From IMG/VR virus record IMGVR_UViG_3300037067_007264, positions 81,488-145,487 of that record: a stretch of 64,000 nucleotides of DNA. One strand, 5' to 3'. The notes beneath the pieces are model-generated. The model saw only the letters and a list, made by a program, of their open reading frames with translations, did no database searches and was not told the DNA's origin. Position 1 is the stretch's first letter; each line of letters begins with the position of its first letter. Source of the DNA: a virus (Duplodnaviria; Caudoviricetes). A program made the position numbers and the translations under genes. Below, in pieces: positions 54,749 through 63,218 of this stretch.

Positions 54749-55210
54749 GTGGAACCCAACTTCCAAAGATACCTCGATTGGTACCGCCTTAGAGACGTCA
54801 GAGACCAAGTCCCAGGGTCTACCCTGAAGCTGATCTCAAGACTCGAGGAGTTGATTATCTCCACAGGGGGTCGACTCCAGATAGCTAAGGCCTTGTTGGT
54901 ACCAGCAAAGAAAAAGCTTGAACGACTCAGGGAGGTACCCTCTCAAAAGGATCTCAAAAAGCTCATCATTGAGCTCGAGAACTTCATTGAGATTCTCCCC
55001 GATGATGAGCGTTTCAACCCAGCAGTAATGAGTATTCGGAAGATCCTTTTTGATCTCTGCAGTATCCTCACAAGTCGTTATGGGGTGGTCGGGTCCACAG
55101 ACACCTATGAAGGTCCTCGTCCTACTCGGTTTGAACGACTTATCGGTACAGACAATGAGGAAGTCTCGAGTGCTACCGATGACGGGTCAATAATTCAAGC
55201 CTTATTGTAA
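54749..55210 (+). CDS. Hypothetical protein with TRFER tag
   Basis: GPRPTRFERLIG near the C-terminus. Confidence 0.65.
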   Translation: MEPNFQRYLDWYRLRDVRDQVPGSTLKLISRLEELIISTGGRLQIAKALLVPAKKKLERLREVPSQKDLKKLIIELENFIEILPDDERFNPAVMSIRKILFDLCSILTSRYGVVGSTDTYEGPRPTRFERLIGTDNEEVSSATDDGSIIQALL

Positions 55211-55273
55211 ATAAAAACTCAACCTTGCCTAAGAAGTCAGTGAGATCAACCAGGGTCATGCGTAGTATTAGGC

Positions 55274-56065
55274 ATGGCAAAGCGTAATCTATTAGGTGAT
55301 TGTATTCTCCGACGAGATAGCCAAGGGATTCTCTACTTAATGAACCGACAAGAAGGCGGTTGGAGATCTGCTCTGTTCCCAGTGGAGAGCGAGGGAGCCT
55401 TCCTCGCTGAGTACAATGTACGACTTGGAGAGTGGACCAAGGATGAGTGCAGTGAGTATTGTCCAGTAACCCGAATATCACGATCGGAGCTACCTACTCT
55501 CCACGACGGTGAGGGGCCTAGTGAAGTTGAGACTTTCCCCTTCGATGACATTGGCCCTCGTGGGGGGACCCCGATCGATCCTAACCTTGAGAGTGAAGCC
55601 TTCATGGGCATTCGTGAAGCTTATAGGTTCGATAAATTGAACCTTTTAGAGGCTAACTTCACACGAGAGGACTTGCGTGAGTTACTCAAAGAACAACACG
55701 ACTTTGGACCCCGAGGTACGATGTGCGATTTAGCCCCTACGATGATCGGCGTTGGAGGTAACTTGGCTCAACCCCATGACCGAGATCCACAAGTATTCGC
55801 TCAGAAGATGAGTCTCACTGCTGAACAAGCGGCAGCTCTCGCTGAGCAACTGGTCCCAGTGTTTGCTGATGGTGAGATAGTTGATAAGAGTACATTAGCT
55901 GAGACCCGTTCAAAGCGAGTCCTTGCTGAGATAGACCGTAAGTGGGCACCTCTCTGTGATGACTGTGATCAAAAAGAATGTTCTACACCTTGTGCGTCTG
56001 TGTTAGGTGAGGATATTACTCAACCCATGGAACCTGGGTGGGATTTTGCAGGTAAGAAGTCATGA
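55274..56065 (+). CDS. Hypothetical phage protein
   Basis: 263 aa after TGAGAT-N14-CGTA (55241-55264). Confidence 0.7.
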   Translation: MAKRNLLGDCILRRDSQGILYLMNRQEGGWRSALFPVESEGAFLAEYNVRLGEWTKDECSEYCPVTRISRSELPTLHDGEGPSEVETFPFDDIGPRGGTPIDPNLESEAFMGIREAYRFDKLNLLEANFTREDLRELLKEQHDFGPRGTMCDLAPTMIGVGGNLAQPHDRDPQVFAQKMSLTAEQAAALAEQLVPVFADGEIVDKSTLAETRSKRVLAEIDRKWAPLCDDCDQKECSTPCASVLGEDITQPMEPGWDFAGKKS

Positions 56066-56327
56066 GTATTCTCATCAAACATAGAACAGTTTCCGGAGTT
56101 TACCTCTGCAATGAGGGTATTCATTGGTATTGGGGGCCTCGTGAGCAGGCCAAGGTTTACTCAGCTCAGATGGCTGCTACTCTCATCAAAGCCTTCCCAA
56201 ACTGGAACTACTTTCTTGGGATCAATCAAGAAGATGCTTTGGTCGAGATTGACTCAACACCTGTGACGGTCCCTCCTCCCCGCAGGCAGTGCTCAACATG
56301 ATTCCTTGAGCCTTTCGTATGTCAATC

Positions 56328-59300
56328 CCTTCAAGTACCACCTACTCTCTCATCTGTTGAATCCGACGCCAATAACCTATCTGTCACACCGACATAGGTA
56401 TCCTTCAAACCCCATCTACTCTCTCATCTGTTGAATCTGGTCGACTCGCCGACGCAGGGCTCGCCAACATAAGCCTTCAAGTACCACCAACTCTCTCACC
56501 TGTTGAATCACATCTTCGGGCGGCCAGTCCTGCTCAGCAGAATTCCTTCAAGTACCACCAACTCACTCATCTGTTGAATCCGGTGAAAGCACTTCTGGAT
56601 GACTCATTCATTGGGACCTTCAAGTACCACCAACTCACTCATCTATTGAATCGGTCCATTTGCAGACGCAACAGAGCGACAGTTAGGTCCTTCAAATACC
56701 ACCAACTCACTCATCTGTTGAATCAAAGCCTCCTAGAACGTGAGAACTGACGATTGCTCAATCCTTCAAAACCCACCAACTCTCCCATCTATTGAATCTA
56801 AGGGGCCGGATTTGTGTTCGTCATACCAATATTACCCTTCAAGTACCACCAACTCACTCATCTGTTGAATCCCACTCGGCTCTTCGAGAGGATGCTGAAC
56901 GGACTGGCATCCTTCAAACCCCACCAACTCTCACATCTGTTGAATCCCGATCTGAACGCTGCCGCTCCCGACCGACACTTTGCCAACATCCTTCAAACCC
57001 CACCAACTCTCACATCTGTTGAATCAACCCCGTGGATGACCCTGAGAAGCTCCATGTAAAGTGCCTTCAAGTACCACCAACTCTTTCATCTGTTGAATCA
57101 GGTCGATCACTTCGATCAGGACCATCTTGGCGAACCTTCAAGTACCACCAACTCTCTCATCTGTTGAATCCGTGAAGGACACCTGGATAGATCGCAACGG
57201 CGTCGAGCTCCTTCAAACCCCACCAACTCTCTCATCTGTTGAATTACGACAAGGATCTTGAAGTTACCTTATCGGCATTGCAACCTTCAAAACCCACCTA
57301 CTCACCCAGCTGTTGAATCAGGTCCTTTTCCGGGGGCATGACCTTGCTACACCGCCTTCAAAACCCACCTAACCCCTCATCTGTTGAATCAGACCAAGAC
57401 CAAGAAAGTTGATGACGCCGGCACGCCTTCAAGTACCACCTACTCTCTCATCTGTTGAATCTCTACAAGCTGCTCCACTCGGATTCCAAACAACCCAACC
57501 TTCAAACCCCACCAACTCTCTCATCTGTTGAATCCGGAGGGCTTCCTAGGTTTGGTGTGATTGATGCCAGTCCTTCAAAACCCACCAACTCACTCATCTG
57601 TTGAATCCGCGCGTAACCTGGGATGTTCTCGGACCCAGGAGGATCCTTCAAAACCCACCAACTCTCTCATCTGTTGAATCTCGATACGTTCGGGAAAAGC
57701 ACGGCAAGAGCTTCTGGCCTTCAAACCCCACCAACTCTCACATCTGTTGAATCGTCGAAAGCGTGTGCTCGAGTGGCATTCTGACGCGCCTTCAAACCCC
57801 ACCAACTCTCTCATCTGTTGAATCCTGCATTCGCGCCAGAGGCCTCGGAACCAGACTACTGAGCCTTCAAACCCCACCAACTCTCTCATCTGTTGAATCT
57901 CTACAAGCAAGCTCTGAACGGTGATCCGGTAACACCTTCAACCCCCACCTACTCTCTCATCTGTTGAATCTGCGGCAACTCAGACGTGCCACCCCGAGAC
58001 ATCAGTGCCCTTCAAGTACCACCTACTCTCTCATCTGTTGAATCCTCATCTATGGTCACCCCAAGTATGATCTCGTGGTCCTTCAACCCCCACCTACTCT
58101 CTCATCTGTTGAATCGGACACAGGGACTCCTAGAATCCACCTGCCCACCCCCTTCAACCCCCACCAACTCTCATCTGTTGAATCAAACCTCGTTCATTGG
58201 GGCCGACAGGATGGTGTCAGGCTCCTTCAACCCCCACCAACTCTCTCATCTGTTGAATCCTATATGACCCTCATTGCCGATTGGATGATCCCCTAACTCC
58301 TTCAACCCCCACCAACTCTCTCATCTGTTGAATCCTAGGGGGGGTTGGGTCTCCCTCGAGGAACTCCACATCCTTCAAACCCCACCTACTCTCTCATCTG
58401 TTGAATCAAAGCAAGAGTAACTGACGAAGAGCATCACCGCAGCCTTCAAACCCCACCTACTCTCTCATCTGTTGAATCGCCATTATAACAGTTGATATTG
58501 TACCGTCGTCCAGTAACCTTCAACCCCCACCAACTCTCTCATCTGTTGAATCTAGGGCTACTTCCTGAAGCCAAGCAATAATCTGGGCCTTCAAACCCCA
58601 CCTACTCTCTCATCTGTTGAATCAAAGTACAGGTTCCGACTGCGATCAAACTAAGATTCCTTCAAACCCCACCTACTCTCTCATCTGTTGAATCGGACCC
58701 TCAGGTGTTCACGAGTTCATCCATCTCAAGCCTTCAACCCCCACCTACTCTCTCATCTGTTGAATCATCGCGGGGATCATCTGGTAGTCAGAGGAGGAGC
58801 CAGCCCTTCAACCCCCACCTACTCTCTCATCTGTTGAATCGCTATGGGCTCGTCGAAGACGAGCAACAATCTGGTTGCCTTCAAACCCCACCTACTCTCT
58901 CATCTGTTGAATCCGGACGATTGGAATCAAGAACTAAGGGCTCATCTAACCTTCAACCCCCACCTACTCTCTCATCTGTTGAATCCAAAGACCCAATTGG
59001 GCCAACCCTCACCAAGGCGAACCTTCAACCCCCACCTACTCTCTCATCTGTTGAATCTTCAGCTGTAGTGGAATGGATTGTGGAACCGACGCTCCTTCAA
59101 ACCCCACCTACTCTCTCATCTGTTGAATCGGACGAGCATCAGAACGAGCATCTAGTCTAAGGTTGCCTTCAAACCCCACCTACTCTCTCATCTGTTGAAT
59201 CAGGGGTAGTGAAGCTTATTTCGGTGGTGACCAAGGCACCTTCAAACCCCACCTACTCTCTCATCTGTTGAATCGAGAGCTTGCTCGTAGGGATCATCAA

Positions 59301-59778
59301 CCACTACGGTTTCCTTCAAACCCCACCTACTCTCTCATCTGTTGAATCAGATTGCTCCTCGATTGACCTTTGAAGAATTCTCACCTTCAAACCCCACCTA
59401 CTCTCTCATCTGTTGAATCCTGAAAGAGCGCAAGGGGCGACCTACCCAAGGTGTTCCTTCAAACCCCACCTACTCTCTCATCTGTTGAATCGGGATACGG
59501 CCGAGCGCAAGCTGAGGCTGAAGTCAAAACCTTCAAACCCCACCTACTCTCTCATCTGTTGAATCGAGGCACTCGAGAGAGCTCGTAATGCCCTTCCGGA
59601 CCTTCAAACCCCACCTACTCTCTCATCTGTTGAATCCCTATCCCCTAACCTACCCAGCCCTGATTGATTCTCCTTCAAACCCCACCTACTCTCTCATCTG
59701 TTGAATCGGTGTGACTTGAGTTGCATGGTTTTGGTACTTCCTCCTTCAAACCCCACCTACTCTCTCATCTGTTGAATC
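56328..59778 (-). CRISPR. CRISPR array, 48 repeats / 47 spacers; repeat (crRNA sense) GATTCAACAGATGAGAGAGTAGGTGGGGTTTGAAGG, 36 nt
   Basis: Counted by hand; spacers about 35-43 nt; repeats uniform near 59778 and degenerate toward 56328, so the leader is on the right and transcription is on the minus strand, as for the cas gene. Confidence 0.98.
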
Positions 59779-60005
59779 CTCATCCATAGTGTACTAATCA
59801 ATTCAAGTACTTAGTGTGCTACTTGCGAGAGGGTGTCTAAGGCACCTTTTGAATCCCAAAATTTATGTAGGGAAGGAGCCAAGTGGTAAGACACCCTTTC
59901 TCGCTTTCTGCACTTAAAATTGTCAAAGATCACGGGTTTACCCACCGCGAGGAAAGCCTCGCGAGCGAGGTAAGGGTGAGATAAAGAACCCCACCCCTCG
60001 CAAAG
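59779..60005 (-). promoter_or_regulatory. CRISPR leader with IHF-like site, inverted repeat and boxA-like element
   Basis: ATTCAAGTACTTA (59801-59813; 1 mismatch to WATCARNNNNTTR); AGGGTGTCT/AGACACCCT IR (59830-59838 / 59889-59897); TGATCTTTGACAA on minus (59932-59920). Confidence 0.65.
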
Positions 60006-60668
60006 TCAAGCAGCCTTCTTCTCGTACTTGGCCAGTCGTTTTAGCAGGTCATTCCGTTCTTTTTTGAGGGCCTTGACTTCGTCCTCCAATTCACGGACCC
60101 TTTCTTCAGCCTCGTCAAGTTGAGTAGCAAGATTACTCTTTGGGATTCTGGGTACTTTGCTGATGAGACCATACTTCTTGCGGTAGGTGTGAATACGACC
60201 ACTAGCGGTGACCTCACTCATTGGAAACCTACGGGTTTCCATTCCCGGTTCAAGCTCCTCTTTGATGAACCTACTTCGATGACCCTCCGGTAAGCCAGCT
60301 ACTTTTGACAATACCTTGAATCCGTGGGTCTCACAGAGTTCAGGACCGAACTCTGTGAGTGCGGTCACACCGTAGCGATACCTCTTCACATCAGGGAGTG
60401 ATGTCTGATAGTAACTTAGCCAAGCATCGAAGGTGGCGCTGGGGACTGCTGACTTCTTCCAAAGGTTACTCTTTTCATAGGCTCGTAGGTAGGCTACAAG
60501 CCTCATCTCACCCTGGTCAGCATCGGTCTTCAAACCTCGGATAACATCCAGTACTTGTTCAGAGTCCGGAAAGTCTGTTGGTTTCAACTTGAGTATGGTC
60601 TTGACGATCTGGCCAGTATCACCCTTGATCTTGGAGGGGTCAATAAAGGTTACTTTTTTAGTTGGCAT
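60006..60668 (-). CDS. CRISPR-linked accessory protein (helical domain plus C-terminal coiled coil)
   Basis: Starts 9 nt after the cas stop with a GAGGT RBS; C-terminal heptads LATQLDEAEERVRELEDEVKALKKERNDLLKRL. Confidence 0.8.
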   Translation of the reverse strand: MPTKKVTFIDPSKIKGDTGQIVKTILKLKPTDFPDSEQVLDVIRGLKTDADQGEMRLVAYLRAYEKSNLWKKSAVPSATFDAWLSYYQTSLPDVKRYRYGVTALTEFGPELCETHGFKVLSKVAGLPEGHRSRFIKEELEPGMETRRFPMSEVTASGRIHTYRKKYGLISKVPRIPKSNLATQLDEAEERVRELEDEVKALKKERNDLLKRLAKYEKKAA

Positions 60669-60677
60669 CGGTTTACC

Positions 60678-62432
60678 TCATTCCGCTGCATCAGCGTCAG
60701 CATCATCATCGGGTGGATCACTTACAAGAGTAAGGTCGGTGAACTTGGTGTGTCTGTGAGTGTGCTCTGTGACTATATCGGTGAAATTCTGATCTACTTG
60801 AGCCAGGGTTTCTGGGTCATTCGCTAAAAGCAACTTGAACAGTCTCCAGGCCCTAAACAGGGTCTTCGGTGCTACGCACCCACATCCTGTTCTACACCAG
60901 ACTTCAGGAAAGCCCTCTACGGAGTGAGAGTCACATAGGGTTTTCACGCCACCGCACATAGGGCAGTTCAGAGACCCAGAGTGCTTGATCACCATGGTGC
61001 GAACACCGTGCTTCTTGCAAGCCCACGCTATCTTGTCTCGGAAGGTGCACCACGGGAATCTCCGCAATAGACGTTCTATTCTTCGATCCGGAGCATGAGG
61101 GACTGACTCCATATCGTCAATTCCGACGATAGACCCAATTGCTTTAGCATACCGAGCTATGTGAGAAGCTTGTTGCTCCATCCAGGTCTTGACCCGATCA
61201 GCCTCTTGACCCTCAACAACTGCCAAGGACAGCCGGAACCTCTTCTGTCCGTGACCCCTTCCACCCTTGCCGAGGAAAGGCAGGTGCCGCGCTCTAGCGG
61301 ATCGCATAGAATCATACTTCTGTTTGAGATGTATGAACCCAGCGGAATCTATCCCTTTCGGAAGTACCCCTCCAGCCCCGGTGTACTTTCCACGAAGGTA
61401 TCGACCTTCATTGGAGTAGACCATTGCCAGGTCGTTGAGGGCTGGGGTTACTACAAGAGCAGTACTAACCTGGGTCGGCTCGGGTCTTGGCCTCTTGAAA
61501 CCAAGCTTGAATACCCACTTACCCTCATCAAGGACCACCCGACCTTGGGTTCTCTTGTACCCATTCGTTTCCTGTAAGCACCGCTTGAGGGTAGCCCAAT
61601 CGGAACCGCCTCGAACTTGAATCCGTACGGTAAGGGGTGGAACCCGTTGGCCCTTACGAGCCCCTGCAAGCATTCGAAGGCTGAGCAGGACAATCTCTTT
61701 AGGTAGCTCTTTTGGGACATTCCGATTGCTACTTTTAAGACGGTCTCGATACTCGTCAGCCTTGATAATCTCGATACTGAAACAGTCAGCCTTGATAGGG
61801 AATCCGGTTACCTTGGGCCACGGAGGTGACTTCTCTTGGGACTCCTTTGACTCCCAATTATGATACCTATTCGCGTAATCTCGACTGGCGGTAGCCACTA
61901 TACTTGATGCCGGACGGGTTACCTTGAGGATAGGATCATCGAGACCATCGAGGTACTCACTCATCGCTTCGTTGCAGATCTTGTATGCTGCAGACTCTAA
62001 GTTTCCCTCGATTGGGTTCTGAAACTGCCGACGGTAGACAGCTTGAAGGCCCATGGTGAGTGTTCGAGATACCCCGTAGAACTGATTCTTGATAGCTGAG
62101 ACTTCCTCTTTAGAGGAGTCGGAGAATACCACTGGAAGTGTCAATGCCCCTGGCAAGTTGAACAGCGCTTCCTCGAGACCTTCGATGCTCCGAGATTTGA
62201 TAACCTCAAGAGTGGTACGACCAAGCGTGTTCCTTCCGTACTTGGCCGTCGGGCATCCATTGTACATGAATACCGAGACTTTTGGTTGCTTCTTGGGTTT
62301 TAGTCCGAGTTGATCTGCTGTCTGATGGTATTTTTCAAGCAGTTTGTAGGCTTCGGTGCTAGCCCATTCCTTGTCCTCGTCAGTGAGTTCAGGTTTTTCT
62401 TTTGGGTTTGGATCCTGTTTCTTTGCGGCCAC
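60678..62432 (-). CDS. cas12: Type V CRISPR effector, Cas12f/TnpB-like, predicted nuclease-dead
   Basis: Adjacent to the array; GRGHGQKR, RRFPWCTFRDKIAWACKKHGV and the Zn finger CPMCG...C...CG follow the Cas12f/TnpB C-terminal layout; RuvC-I LVVTPAL (D->T), RuvC-II VGIDDM (E->D), RuvC-III PKTLFRA (D->T). Confidence 0.85.
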   Translation of the reverse strand: MAAKKQDPNPKEKPELTDEDKEWASTEAYKLLEKYHQTADQLGLKPKKQPKVSVFMYNGCPTAKYGRNTLGRTTLEVIKSRSIEGLEEALFNLPGALTLPVVFSDSSKEEVSAIKNQFYGVSRTLTMGLQAVYRRQFQNPIEGNLESAAYKICNEAMSEYLDGLDDPILKVTRPASSIVATASRDYANRYHNWESKESQEKSPPWPKVTGFPIKADCFSIEIIKADEYRDRLKSSNRNVPKELPKEIVLLSLRMLAGARKGQRVPPLTVRIQVRGGSDWATLKRCLQETNGYKRTQGRVVLDEGKWVFKLGFKRPRPEPTQVSTALVVTPALNDLAMVYSNEGRYLRGKYTGAGGVLPKGIDSAGFIHLKQKYDSMRSARARHLPFLGKGGRGHGQKRFRLSLAVVEGQEADRVKTWMEQQASHIARYAKAIGSIVGIDDMESVPHAPDRRIERLLRRFPWCTFRDKIAWACKKHGVRTMVIKHSGSLNCPMCGGVKTLCDSHSVEGFPEVWCRTGCGCVAPKTLFRAWRLFKLLLANDPETLAQVDQNFTDIVTEHTHRHTKFTDLTLVSDPPDDDADADAAE

Positions 62433-62444
62433 ACATTCTCCTTA

Positions 62445-62614
62445 CCTTCCTGGCACCCACTCTAACTGACTTACGTTCGAGTAGTTGCCACTAATCGTCT
62501 ACCTAGGCTTGGTCGAGTGGGTGGGGCCGTACCTCAGTTGGTTCGGCGGTTAGCGAGTGGACGTATCCCTCAGCTTTAGGGGTGAACCCTGTCGTGACAG
62601 GTTGAAGGTCCCCT
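62445..62614 (-). ncRNA. Candidate tracrRNA (split anti-repeat) plus repeat mimic in the cas 5' leader
   Basis: Anti-repeat 1 CCTTCAACC (62608-62600); anti-repeat 2 CCCCACCCACTC (62526-62515, 11/12 to the repeat); repeat mimic AGAGTGGGTG-CCAG-GAAGG (62463-62445); promoter TTGTCA-18-TAGGTT (62650-62621). Confidence 0.65.
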
Positions 62615-63218
62615 GATAAAAACCTAGCCTTGATAGACGGTCAGTGACAACTACTCTCACTTTCAAGATCAGTTCTCTCATGTCCATACGCCTATGTCAA
62701 TCGAAAACATGGAAAAAGAAATATTAGTCGGACCGGTGTAGTGACCGGGTATGGTCGACCCAAGACTGTCCTCGAAAGACGAGAAGGCTCTCCAAGACAT
62801 GATTGACCGAGGTCAGCTACCTGGGCACACGATCGAAAATGGAAGGCTCGTGTGCCCTCGACAGGATGAATACGGACGCCGGCACCTCACTGAAGAAGAG
62901 ATGACCGCCCATCGCGAGCGGGTACTCAAGATGAAGTTTGATGAGGATTGACTTCGCCCTGGTTCTCGCGAGGATAGGTCAGGCCCGTGATGATCCCCAT
63001 CCCTGGGACTTGACCGTAGTCACGTATCGGAGGGTTCATAGCTTGAGCCAGGTACATGGCGTGACTTGCCGCCTTATTGAGAGCTACCCCAGCTTCAGGA
63101 ACCCCAGGGAACTCGTCACAAGCTCGTCTGAGGGTCGCGGCATAGGTCACAAGAGCCATGCTGACAAAAGGCCGGTCTTCTTCAGGTATCACAAAGTCGT
63201 GAGGGTTTGGCATACTGC

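Noticed and set aside
57462-57934. Two spacers starting with the same 9 nt (TCTACAAGC)
   Set aside because: The remainders differ; compatible with chance or common codons.
56792-59160. ORFs of 73-151 aa with repeated LQPPPTLSSVES / FNPHLLSHLLN peptides
   Set aside because: These are translations of the CRISPR repeats, not genes.
59349-59383. Spacer resembling 44757-44773 (CCTCG[A/T]TTGACCTTTGA, 16/17) as possible self-targeting
   Set aside because: The match covers under half the spacer and flanks disagree; at most it reflects a homologous gene in a relative.
56364-59742. Impression that most crRNAs are antisense to mRNA (RNA targeting or strand bias)
   Set aside because: Several spacers read as coding on the plus strand but others on minus; this cannot be established without protospacer hits.
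59779-60005. tracrRNA between the cas operon and the array (usual V-F/V-K position)
   Set aside because: Only a 5-nt CCTTC complement and a sense-orientation GGTGGGG hairpin were found; the region upstream of cas has much better two-part complementarity.
60678-62432. Calling the effector Cas12k (CAST) or an IS605/IS607 TnpB
   Set aside because: The repeat end resembles V-K repeats, but no tnsB/tnsC/tniQ, tnpA or transposon ends were seen, and it is linked to a long array. The window ends about 1.5 kb beyond the gene, so this is not fully excluded.
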